A DNA stretch of 63,813 nucleotides, counting the filler, from Welwitschia mirabilis (lineage: Eukaryota): assembly GCA_051453625.1 (NCBI GenBank). It is 7 parts of one record of this genome, joined end to end, with 100 filler letters (N's around TTAATTAATTAA, not from the genome) between each part and the next. Parts side by side here need not be neighbours in the genome. Positions count along the whole stretch, not along the records: positions 1 to 24,675 come from JBOZIK010000001.1; 6 more parts are not named here. One strand, written 5' to 3'. Shown one piece after another: positions 12,693 through 24,775 of this stretch. Positions within the stretch are counted from its first letter, which is position 1. Every line of letters begins with the position of its first letter. A program made the translations under genes and the position numbers. The notes beneath the pieces were generated by a model. It was given only the letters and a program-made list of their open reading frames with translations. It was not told where the DNA came from and did no database searches.

Positions 12693-15359
12693 CACCTGTT
12701 ACAAACTCTATAAATCAACTAGTGAATGAAATAGATGGGAAAAAATACATTATTATTATTGATTTAATCAAGTTATAAATACAATCTTCCTTAACAGTCA
12801 TAACTAGCTTACAGAATATTGCTGAAGATATACACATAGCAGAAACATTATAAAGACTGTCAAGGAGTTGGATAAAGTGAAATCATTCCAAATATTAATC
12901 TGAATTTCAACATTGAATGTGCACCTTTGCATTCAAAGACCCAGATTATATTTCTTGAAAAAATAAGCTATTATGTGCTTTTACTGTTTTACAAATCACA
13001 TTTGCATCAGCCTAGAAAAACTTCTCAGATTGTCATTACACAACTTCATCAGTTAGATAGAACAAAACAGGATTGTCATGATCCAATATTAAGCATACTC
13101 CTCATGATCCAAAATTAAGCATACTAATTACACTTTCATTTTCAAAGGAGTTGATAAAGGGAAGATCTATATTAACAGTTTCATGATCATTGGGTTCATC
13201 CTATAATATAAACATTCTGTTTTAGATGAAAGCAAAAGGCGAAGGTTAGTCTCTAGCAGAGTAGCACAGAGCATATCTCATAATCTTTCATATTGGAAAG
13301 CCAACGTTTCCAAACCATTTGAAACTTGTTTGACAAGGGCGAATACAAAATTATTTTTAGCTGATCTATAAATTTTAAAATGATAATTCTCAAGCATAAA
13401 TTAATTTCACCTACACTTTAGAATTCCACCTGTTGCTACTTTGAATCTGTAACAATGATCTTTCAGGTGAAGTTTGCAATGAGAATTGATTGGCCACGTA
13501 GCTTCTAAAATGTAAATAATCCTTGGTTCACCTTAGTGAATGCATCTCTCTCTGATTTCTGGTCAGTTTCCTTTGTTTCATTTTACATTTCTGAAATGCT
13601 TATGTTCTATTATTGACCCGTTTTCTCTTATCCCAATGCAATATTGCATCTGAAATAATTTTAAAAATGTTTGGTAGCTAAAACAATAAGCATCCACAAT
13701 TTTGTTGATTTTGGCGATTGCAGCATCTCCCTTCTTGCCCTACGGGAAATGACAAGATTTTCAGTTCTTCAACACAGGCCATAATGACCATTGGGTTATG
13801 ACAACAAATCATGTTAAATTTTCTAGCATTTTCAGAGCTCTGTAAGCCCAACCTTGCTCAGTGGCATACAGAGAAGGCAACCTTATAATTCAACTCTCAA
13901 GAGTTTTTACTTGTGATGCATGATCTACTAGAACCCAGACAAGCACGCACTATGATGGAGAACCAAGTTTGCAATCAGAAGATTGAACACATAGACAACA
14001 TTCATGCAACAGATATGTCACTACAATATCAAAGCACAAAACAAGAACATGGGTCAAACACTACTGTGTTTCAAACATAGCGTTTTAAACCATATGAAAA
14101 AAGGGCCTAAAAGTTTAATGCTGACACTGTTGAACTCAAAATTGAAAATGCACAACTCGAAGACTGTAGAGAACAAATGAAATTAGCACAGAAGGGCTCA
14201 AATTGCTACTAAAACAAGATAATGTTCTTCCACTGATAGATACAGTTTCTGAATCAAGAACAGTTATAGACTTAATGCTTCAATAAGATGATATAATAAT
14301 TAAGTGCAAAACCGTGTTTGTCACAAACAAGCTGATCTATTTGATCCCAGTGCATCCTCTCAATTGCATTGCTCCAATTACACCTGTGCTACCAATGGTG
14401 GAAATCAGGGAACCCACAAAGGAGAAAATGAAAGTGGTTGATAAAATTTTGTCTTTGCAGCCACTCAAAAGAACTCCATAGATATGGTTGGACAGTTGGC
14501 AACAAGTAGAATTCAAGCAAATGATGAGTAAGTTGACAATTTGGACAAATGCTTGAATGTAACATAACAAGAATAAGGAATAAAATTAGAGTAAATTGAA
14601 ACTACATTGTTTTTATTTTGTATTTTGTAAAATATCTACAAACAGCAGCAATGTTTTACCAATCAGATCATATGTTCTGTTTTCAATTATGGTTTTCTGA
14701 GATTCAGCAATCAAAGCAAAGCTATGTGAACAAAATCATTCTAGGTCAATCAGATAAATCACTTTCTTGTGAAAAGCCAGTCAACATTTTTTGGGGTATC
14801 ATCTAGCAGAGGTTCTGTTATCTAATGAAGCACAATAAGCCACCTCCACATGAAACGCATGAAATACACGTCGGGAATTCTTTGGGGGCTTCTACAACTG
14901 CTGTAGCCACCAGTATATTAACGAAGAGTTTTACATCCTGCAAACTTTTCGATGTTTGCACTATCTAAAAGAGAATGCCTAAATACTAGAGACTGCCTAA
15001 CAAGACCTCAGNNNNNNNNNNNNNNNNNNNNNNTGATGGAGGGTAATTTTAAACAGAAAGATTGTGAGTGCACTCTTTAGTCCAAAGATGATTTTTAGAG
15101 AACCATTTTTCCATCAGATGTTGAGTTGAACAAAGCCATCCAGAGACACATTAGAATTGCCCTGGATGAGAAGTTTTTGTCGTTCAACTCATGTAAATGT
15201 GCAATAGCATTACGCAGGCACACGCAACATCAGAATGATGCATGAGCTCTAGGTAAAAACTAAAAACAAATATGATGAGCAGTCCATGATTAACAAGTTT
15301 TATCNNNNNNNNNNNNNNNNNNNNNNNNNNNNNNNNNNNNNNNNNNNNNNNNNNNNNNN

Positions 15360-15570
15360 CTAGACAAGCTGTAGAATGTTTTCAGCCAGGAAGAGGACCT
15401 AGCAATCCCCTTTTTAAATAAACTTAGAATAATGAGCTTTGACTTCTCAGCACTGCTTTCATGACGAACATAAAAGAAGTACTGATTTCCTTACGTACCT
15501 AGACAAGCTGGAGAATGTTTTCAGCCAGATAAAGGATCTTGCAATCCCTTTTTAAATAAACTTAGAGTAA
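15360..15570 (+). repeat. Direct repeat with ~139-bp period next to a gap
   Basis: ctagacaagctg.agaatgttttcagccag...aataaacttaga at 15360 and 15499. Confidence 0.85.
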
Positions 15571-15659
15571 CTGCATTTGGATCTGCCCGTACTAGACAGC
15601 AGAAGTTGATGACTTGAATTCTAACTAAAGCTGGATCATCCACAATCTATATCATTGGA

Positions 15660-18600
15660 TGTAGGGAAGGTGCTAACAAAGTCCTCCTTTCAAATTGAAA
15701 ACAGAGGTAGATCCAAATCTAGGAGGCCTGGTAGACAAGGCTTTTGGAAAGATTGCATGTCTCAATGATGATCTAGTACGAAGAGGTTTGATGCTACATC
15801 AAAATGTGTGTTTCCATGTTCAGTTAACCTCAAGACGTCCAGGTCTCCTAGTGGATGTCCCAAATTCTTAGCCACATAAATTCACAGATTACAGGCTGGG
15901 ACATCCAAGATCTCCTTGGTGAGACATCCAGATTCGGCAGCCATACAATTCCACAGAATTCAGGCTAGAACATCTGGAACTTTGACTGGGACATCTGGAT
16001 TGTAAACTGAGCACTTTGACATAGCAAAAGTTTGAAACAAACCCCTCGCAATTTTGCACCAAATCAGGCCTAAATCACATCTAGAGTAGCAGGATTCATT
16101 GGCAATCAGTCAACAATCAATTTGGGGTACTATTAGCTAAAGATTGAGTGATTCTCTCAAGTTCTCAAAAGTCAATTCTGAAGAAGATGCATAAAACCTC
16201 TATCCAATTCCTTTGAGGCTGCTGGTACTTGAATCTCAAGATATCTTTTTGAACCTAACTGATGTATCATTTACTATTCTTTGTCCTAGAACTTTGGTGC
16301 TGTCATACTTAGTAGGTTGTGAATGCTAGTAGCTTGTAGGTTAAAAAAGCTCTTAAGTGAAAAAGGTTGCAGATACCTTTGTAAAGAAGCATTTTGAGAA
16401 AGGAACAAAAGGCTAAAGGCTATTGCTGCCCCCATGAGTGGAGGAGGCCGTTGTCGAACCACTATAATTTGTTTGTGTGTGCTTTTACATTTGTTTTGTT
16501 TTTCTACAAATTTTCTTTCTTGTTTGGTTTAAATACATTAGTTTTAAATTTTACACGCTATTCAATCCCCCAGCCTCTAGAGTGGATTAGATCCTAACAA
16601 TTGGTATCAAAGCCTAGCTGTTCTCAAATTTCTTAGTATTTCTGATTTTAGGAGCACCCCTTAGATGGGTTCTACAAGCTATGCTAAAGGTCAAGCTATC
16701 ATGAGTCATCCCTTCTTCATAGGATTGTACTATGCTTACTTGAAATCCAAGATGGTCATTTCCCTCCCTTCAATTGATTGTGATATTTGGGAAATGGTGA
16801 TCAATGGATTTTCCATCCCCACTGCAACAGATTCCTCAGGAATGGCAGTTTTGAAACTAAGGAACAAAGAGGATGTGGATGAAAAAGAAAAAGGCAACTC
16901 TGAACACCAAAGCCATTAACTGTCTTATATATGCCCTGTCTCTAGATGCATACAATAGAGTAGTGCAATGTACTACAGCAAAGGACATTTAGGATACCTT
17001 GCTTCTAGCTCACGAAAGCACTAATGTGGTCAAAAATGCCACAGTGCAGATGTTGCCAACAAAATTTGAAAACATCAAGATGGAGGGAATGGAGTCTATA
17101 GTTGGATATACCACAAAGATCAATGATATTATCAATGGCATCTAGCAACTGGGTGAGGTAATTCCAAAGAATATAATGACAACGAAGATTCTTCATGGCT
17201 TGACAAAGAAATTTCCACCTAAGATCATTGCGATTAAAGAAAGCACGGATTTGGACAAGATTAAGATTGAAGAACTCAAGGGTTCCTTTATGGCCTATGA
17301 ACCACGCGTACAAATGGAGGAGGCTTGAAGGGAAAAAAGCAGAACTCCCAATGATTGCTGAGAAGAGGAACATCATCAATCTAGCGAAGATCTCGAAGAT
17401 GAAGACATGGCACTTCTTGCTAGAANNNNNNNNNNNNNNNNNNNNNNNNNNNNNNNNNNNNNNNNNNNNNNNNNNNNNNNNNNNNNNNNNNNNNNNNNNN
17501 NNNNNNNNNNNNNNNNNNNNNNNNNTAGCGAAGATCTAGAAGATGAAGACATGGCACTTCTTGCTAGAAACTTTCAAAGATCCCTTCACAAGAAAGATGG
17601 CAAAAATAAAAGAAGAACATCATCCGTGGAACAAAGCAATGAGGCATCAAATGGTAAATCTTCTTTCAGTCAAATTCAATGTTACGAATGCAAAGGTTTT
17701 GGACATATTGTTGTAGATTATGCAAAAGAAAAAAAAATTAAAGACAAAAAATCATAAGGCAAAGGGAAGAAAGCTCTCAAAGAAACTTGGGATGATCTAC
17801 AAGAAGAAGAGCTGAATGATGGAGACTCCTTACAACCTAGTAAGAACGAGGAACCAATAAACTTCGGACTGATCTCCATTACAAAATAGGTATGTGATGT
17901 TTTAGATTATGTTTTCATTGCTATAGATAAAAGGACAAAAAGTTATGTACTACTTCTCATATTGGTTTAGAAGATGATGATATCAATGCTGCTTACAAAA
18001 CATTATATCAAATTAACATAGAAGTTGGCAAGAAGAATGCGCTTTTAAATAAACAATTTTCTGACTTTGAAGCCAAGTTAAAAGATGTTAATAATAGAAG
18101 TGAGTTGCTTTTCAGAGAACTAGAAGATGGCAAAAGAGCTGTTCAAAGATTCACCAATAGAAGCAAGAACCTTGACACAATCTTGGGTAGTGTTAAGAGG
18201 TCATTTCACAAATCCGATATTGGAAGCTTCTCTGCCATGTCCTTTATTTTAAACAATTTCACTTCAAACATTCCATATAACTCATTCAGTAAAGTGGACT
18301 AAGGAGCTATTATTGTCAAGAATTTGTACATATTCAATTTTCTTGTCCATACAAGAAATCTGGCTACTTTGGATCTAAAACTGATTTCATGTTTCAAGAA
18401 AGGTGCGAACATTCAAATGATCACTATAAAAGAGGACATAGGAGAAGCAACTAGAAATAGGTAAGAAAAGGTGCCATCAAATCTCTATTTGTTCATGCAA
18501 CCTTTAAGGTACAAGGAGAGTCAAGTAGTAATTGGATAGCAGATGTTCCTCGCATATGTCAAGTTACAAGAGTCTATTTAGCATTTTACATGATTATGAT

Positions 18601-19630
18601 GGTGGAGAAGTAACTTTTGGTGACAATGGCGAAGGTAGAATAATTGGTAAGGGATCCAATGCTGCCAATGACAAATATCTAGTAATAAATGATGTTTATT
18701 TAGTTGATGGTCTCAAACACAATTTATTCAGTATCTCTCAAATTTGTGATAGCAGTAACATTGTTTCATTGTTTTTAAAGATGGATGTGAAGTTTGTGAT
18801 GCTACAACTAATAACTATATCCTTCTTAGCAACAAGTCAAGTTGGATATATGTTCTTGATTGTAGTGAAGAATTCAATGAGGGATGCTACCTTGTTCAAT
18901 TGGATGATGGTAGCTTAGGGGATAGAGGCCTTGGGCACATGAACCTAAAGGATCTCAAAACCATTTCTTCCAAAGCAATCATTCAAGGTGTACCAAGCTT
19001 ACCATTTGCTAAGGTATGTGATTCTTGTGTAAAGGGTAAACTCACTAGGTCTAGCTTTAAGAGCACAAAGGACACTACATCAAATAGACTTCTTGACCTG
19101 ATTCACATGGATTTAGTTGGTCCCACTGAACTATGAACACTGGAGGTAAAAGACATTTCTTGGTTATGGTTGATGATTATATTAGATTTTGTTGAGCATC
19201 ATTTCTCCATAACAAAGATGAGGCATTAGAAATGCTTTCCAAGATTTGCAACAGGATACAAACGAGAAAGGCTACACCATAAAAAGCATTAGATATAATC
19301 ATGGTGGTGAGTTTAACAATGACAAATTTGAATGCTTTTGTGATACTAATGGAATTTATCTTCAGTTTCCACCCCTAGAAGATCTCAACAAAATGGAGTG
19401 GTTGAACAAAAGAATAGGGTATTGATAGAAATGACAAGAACCACATTGAGCGAACAATCTTTGCTTCAACACTTTTGGGCTTAAGCAGTCAACACATCAT
19501 GTTCCATTAGCAATCAACACTTTCTCTATTTGGATACTCACGAAACTCCATACGAAACCAGGGACTGGAAGAAGACCAAATGTAAGTTAGTTTAAAGCTT
19601 TTTGGAGGCAAGTGTTCCATTCTCAAAGAC
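15660..19630 (+). mobile_element. Sirevirus(SIRE/Maximus)-like Ty1/copia 5' portion: LTR, PBS, gag, protease, integrase (degenerate)
   Basis: LTR ends ATTCAATCCCCCAGCCTCTAG...CCTAACA (16599); PBS at 16602; gag zinc knuckle CYECKGFGH; protease DSRCSSHMS; YLVDGLKHNLFSISQICD; CDSCVKGK; LDLIHMDLVGP; HGGEF. The LTR start is approximate. Confidence 0.85.
16602..16613 (+). promoter_or_regulatory. Primer-binding site complementary to tRNA-iMet
   Basis: TGGTATCAAAGC two bases after the LTR-terminal CA. Confidence 0.85.
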
Positions 19631-21980
19631 GAGAATTTCAAGAAGAATTACAAAAAGCAGGAACCCTACATGAAGTTACTTCCCTATATATACCTGAGAG
19701 AAAGGGAGTAATGAAGAGAAAAGACTGAATGATCATAGAAATGGTGAAATCCATGACGTACAAAACCAATATTCCAAGGCAACTCTAGACAGAACCTGCA
19801 AGTACAGCAATTTCAATATTGAACCATCTACCTACCAGAAGTTTAAACAAAGAAGTGCAATATAATCTTTGGTCTGACAGACATAACTACATTAAGCTTC
19901 TAACAACCTTCCGTTTTCACTGTTCTGTGCATATCCCTCAACAACAAAGAAGAAAATGAGACAACAAAGCCAAAATACGACTGCTATTCATGTACAACAT
20001 AGAAAGTAAAGCCTGCCAAGGATGGGATGCAAAAGAAAGAAAGGTTATAATCTCAAAAGATGTAATTTATAATCTCAAAAGATGTAATTTTGGATGAAGA
20101 AAATCTGACTTTGAAGACTGATGCTTTGGAAACAACATATTTATCTTCAATTTTAGAGCAACATGATGAAACAAAACCTGAATTAGACTCTGTAATATTA
20201 CTAGAAGTACCTGAGGAAATGGGACAAAAATCAAACAAGTCAACCCCAAGAATGCAACCAAACGATCGAATAAAACCAAACAGAATAGATAAAGGTAGAA
20301 TTTGAAGAACCAGAATCAATCAACATGCCTAATCAACCTCACTGGCTTCAATCTACATTGAATCAATTAAATCCAAATGAAAAGAGAAGGGTCCAAAAAG
20401 AGGGACAAAACTAGGAGACAACACGTCGTACAGCATTCATTGCACCAGAAGAAACAAGCCTAGCAAATGCAAAAGAAGCCCTAAAGAATCAAAAATGAAA
20501 AGAAGCAATGTAGGCAAATGATATGTTGATCAAGAATGGAACTTGTAGATGTATCAAAACAAATAAAAACCCATGGGAACTAAGTGGGTATCTCAGATCA
20601 ATATAACCAAGGCAAAACCATAAGGAAGTACAAAGAAGACTTGTAATCAAAGGATATGCACAAAAGAAAGGTATTGATTTTACAAAGATTCTCCAGCCAC
20701 AAAGATCAGGACAATCAGAATCACACTGGCCAAAGATTCTCCAGCCACAAAGATCAGGACAATCAGAATCACACTGGCATTGGCCAAAAACCACAAATGG
20801 GATCTGCTACAAATGGATGTTAAATCTGAATTGCTAGATCGAACCAGAAATGAAGAGACGTACATCAGACAACCTGAAGGTTTTGTAATAAAATGTCAAG
20901 AAAGTAAAGACTCATAAAGTCCATATATGGGGTAAAACAAGCACCAAGATCAGGGTATAAAGATATGTTGTATATTTAAGGGAAATAGGCATCAACAAAT
21001 CACATATGGAACCAAATCGATATGTGCAACCGCATAAGAAAAACAAGAAGCAGTTATACTACTATCATATGTAGACGATAAAGAGCCAATTAAAAAGGTT
21101 AAACACAGCTTTCATAAAAAATTTAAGATGTTGAACTTGGGCTTATTAAATTATTTCCTTGGATTAAAAATCTTAAAGGAAGAAGAGAGTTTAATTCTAC
21201 ACCAAGAAAAGTATGCTACAAGACAATTAAAAATGCAAGATAAGAAGAGTTTCAATGTATCCTAGAGCAAAACCAAAGCCTAACTACTTGGAACTGTGTA
21301 ATGCATAATACTTCAGTAATTAATAGCAAAGTTAGTCCACCCCAAAAACACAAGGCTTGACATAACCTATGTATGAAACAAAGTAAGGCATTACATGCAC
21401 AACTAACACAAAATCACAATCAATTAGCATTGAACATGGTGAAATAAGTAACCAGAACCAAAACATTAGGTCTTACATTTCAAGAAACAAATAAAGAGCT
21501 AAAAGGTTTTTCTTATGTAGATTAGGTAAGATCAACAGATGCAGCATCAATAATAGGCTATGTAGTCCAACTCTATGAATCTATACTCTCCTAGCTAAGA
21601 CAAAAATAGAAAACTGTAGCCCCATCATTTATAGAGGCCGAATATATTACAGCTGCGACTTTGGGTGTGAAACCAAAGTGGATGAAAAAGCTCTTACAAG
21701 ATCTCAAAGAAACCCAGGGAAATCTACGACAGCTACAGTGCAATAAATCTCATTAGAAATCAAACATTCCATGAAAGTACAAAACATATCAACATAAAAT
21801 TCCATTTCGATAGTCAACTTACTTTTAGAACCCATATATATTCCAACCTCTCACCAAGTGGCAAATGGACTTACCAAAGCATTAGCCAAGGCCAGCAACA
21901 TCAAATTTCAAGATACACTAAGCTTGGAAATTAAAGATGAAAAGATCTGGATTACCAAATTGTCAGGGGGTGTTGAAGGT
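19631..21980 (+). mobile_element. Second, unrelated Ty1/copia 3' portion: integrase C-half, RT, RNase H, PPT (degenerate)
   Basis: Integrase core restarts (EFQEELQKAG...IIEMVKSM), then ISKDVILDE, RLVIKGYAQKKGIDF, QMDVKS, YVDD, EAEY, HESTKHINIKFHF and ANGLTKAL. Purine tract AGGGGG is followed by TGTTG at 21971. Confidence 0.85.
20683..20778 (+). repeat. Perfect 48-bp tandem duplication in copia RT
   Basis: caaagattctccagccacaaagatcaggacaatcagaatcacactggc occurs twice, at 20683 and 20731. Confidence 0.95.
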
Positions 21981-22989
21981 CCCCTTTTAATGAAACCAAC
22001 CTAAAGAAGAACAATTCATAAATCTACAAAACTCATATTCTATAAAGCAGAACTAAATTACCATAACAACATTAATTAAAATTATTTAAAATTAGTCCAA
22101 AAAACTTTATAATGCTAACATGACGAGTTACCTAATTGGATATTTAATTCTTAATTACTTCATGGCACATATTTCTTTCCCAAAATACTCAAATGAAAGA
22201 CACTATATAATATTCAAAATAAGAACATATAGTACAAAACAAATCAATTAAATACTAAGGAATGTTCAAATTTGAATTGAAACTAAAAAATTGTCAATAA
22301 ATTATTCCAAAACTCATAATTCTTTTTCAAATTCTATTTTGTTAATTAAATTTTGACTCATCACAAAAATGAAAAGAAAAATATGCAAGAAAAACAAAAA
22401 GTAGCAAAGGAAACATACACAATATTAACATGGTTTGGATTGTGTTTACACTACTTCCACAAACAATAGCACTAAGCTCTTAGATTTAGCTATAAAATTA
22501 GCCATCACAAGGAACACACATAGTTCCTCTAGCTCGAGCAAAACACTTTAAAAAAGTATAACGGAATGCAATCCATCAGAGCTCCAACCTCTTGTATAAT
22601 ACTAGGGTTTAGACTAAACCCTTAAAACACATTGACCCCCAACCAAAGAGCGCCTTCCTCCTTTTTCTTAAAAATTATTACTAATGAATTTCCCTTTTAC
22701 AACATATAAGACCACACATAAAGAATAAAAAAAGGTTTGGCTTCATGATATTTAACAAAAACATCAAAAAGCTAAGCTAAATATGTTCTGTGATATCCAA
22801 TTGAATATAATCAAAACTCAAATGGTTTTCTACCTAGCATGGAAAATCTAACCTACATCTAGACGTGGAGAAAATTTCTCATTTATGTTTATTTACCCTC
22901 TTAGAAAATGTTTGTCCTTGATTGATTTGGAAATAATAACATGCTTTGGAGCTTTTCATAGATATCTTGCTTTGCAGGCTACTTCTCAT

Positions 22990-23440
22990 AAGGGCGACCG
23001 ATCATGTTCCTGAGGATCACCAAACTGTCTCAAGAAAACTGCAGCAAAATAGAGTGACCGAATATTCTCTTAGGGTGATCAGATTTAAAGGAGAGAAATC
23101 AGCCGAGTGAAGAGCAGGCAACCAAATCTATTTCTAAGGGCGACCAAATTCAAAGGAGGGAAATTGGTCAAGTTCAGAACAGGTAACCAAATTTGTTTTT
23201 AAGGGCAACCAGATAAATTGTGAAAAATAACCCGAGATATCAAAGAGCGACCGAATAGTATCATGAGGGCCACCTAGTTAAAATCATGTTCTACACCTAA
23301 TGAGGGCGACTGCATCTTATCATGTGGGCGACCCAGCTAGAACCAAGATCTATGCCAGTTAAGGACGACCAGGACTTATCGTGAGGGCGACCGAAGTTGA
23401 ATCTGATGAAATAGTTTTTATTACTCGTGAGGGCGACCAA
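22990..23440 (+). repeat. Dispersed array of ~14 GGGCGACC-like motifs at ~20-45 bp spacing
   Basis: gggcgaccga, gtgaccga, gggtgatcag, ggcaacc, gggcgacc, ggtaacc, gggcaacc, gagcgacc, gggccacc, gggcgact, gggcgacc, ggacgacc, gggcgacc, gggcgacc. Confidence 0.8.
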
Positions 23441-23444
23441 ACAG

Positions 23445-24675
23445 TTTTGTTAAAATTTGCAAGAAACTTCAGATAGAAAAGGGGCATGTCGTTAAGAAAA
23501 TTCAAAGTGATCATGGTAGGGAATTCGAAAATGAAAAGGTTGAGTATACTGCAACAACAATGGAACAGACCATGAATTCTAAGCACAAAAAAGGCCTCAA
23601 GAGAATGGGGTAGCTAAGAGGAAAAACCGTACTTTGTTAAACATTGCAAGTCATATTTCAAGCAAAGTTTATTTAAGACCTAGCACCACCCAGACTCCAT
23701 ATGAGCTTTGAAAAGGTAAGAAACCCAACATTTCTTATTTTAAGACTTTTGGTAGCAAATGCTTCATTTTGAGATATAGGAAAGATCTAGCCAAATTTGA
23801 CTCCAAAACAGATGAAGGAATCTTCCTAGGGAACTCTTCAACAAGCAAAGCATATAATGTACAATAAACGCACTCTACATATGGGGGAGTCAATCAACAT
23901 TAGGATTCATGATGTTCCTGATACAACAAGAACTTTTGAGGATGGTGTAAACCTGATTCCTTCAAGCTTCTACTATAACAAGGTCTATTCCAAATCTAAG
24001 CCACCATCTAAAGTGAAAGAACTCAAAGATCATCCATTGGATTTAATCATTGGAAAGGTTGATCAAGGAATCATAACAAGAAGCCCTCTCAAAAACTTCC
24101 GTGCTCATATCTCATTCTTGTCACAAGTTGAACCAAAAACCTTTAAGGAAGCAGAATCGGATCCATGTTAGAAGATTGCGATGTAAGAAGAATTAGAATA
24201 GTTCTCTCGTAATTAGGTATTGTCTCTGGTACCAAAGCCTAGTGGAAAGAATATCATTTGCACCAAANNNNNNNNNNNNNNNNNNNNNNNNNNNNNNNNN
24301 NNNNNNNNNNNNNNNNNNNNNNNNNNNNNNNNNNNNNNNNNNNNNNNNNNNNNNNNNNNNNNNNNNNTCTCTCGTAATTAGGTATTGTCTCTTGTACCAA
24401 AGCCTAGTGGAAAGAATATCATTTGCACCAAATGGATTTTCAGAAATAAAGCAAATGAAGAAAGTGTCATCACCAAAAATAAAGCTAGACTAGGTGCTCA
24501 AGGATATTCTCAAATTGAAGGAGTTGAGTGTGATGACACTTTTGCTTCAGTAGCTAGACTTGAGTCCATTAGAATCTTTCTTGCATTTGCATGGTTCAAG
24601 AAAATTAAGGTATGTCAAATGCCTGTAAAGAGTGCTTTCTTAAATGGACTCTCTGTGAAATAGCCACAAGGTTTT
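23445..24675 (+). mobile_element. Sirevirus-like copia integrase to RT fragment
   Basis: IQSDHGREFEN, FGSKCFIL, KFDSKTDEGIFLG, SQVEPKTFKEA, TKWIFRNK, KNKARLGAQGYSQIEG, VARLESIRIFLAFA; truncated by a linker gap. Confidence 0.9.
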
Positions 24676-24775
24676 NNNNNNNNNNNNNNNNNNNNNNNNN
24701 NNNNNNNNNNNNNNNNNNNTTAATTAATTAANNNNNNNNNNNNNNNNNNNNNNNNNNNNNNNNNNNNNNNNNNNN
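24676..24775. other. Artificial scaffold linker 44N-TTAATTAATTAA-44N (also at 31393-31492, 43407-43506, 44769-44868, 52716-52815, 61897-61996)
   Basis: Identical 100-nt construct six times; the palindromic core puts TAA stops in all six frames. Confidence 0.97.

Noticed and set aside
17381..17569. Duplicated sequence either side of 100-N gaps (also at 24204-24431)
   Set aside because: Near-identical overlaps flanking fixed-size gaps indicate unmerged contig ends.
22990..23440. CRISPR-like repeat-spacer appearance (also at 40585-40930)
   Set aside because: The repeats are only ~8 bp, degenerate and irregularly spaced, there are no cas genes, and the context is eukaryotic retrotransposon DNA.
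24720..24731. Recurrent palindrome TTAATTAATTAA (six copies inside N runs)
   Set aside because: Always centred in exactly 44+44 Ns; a synthetic six-frame-stop scaffold linker, not biology.
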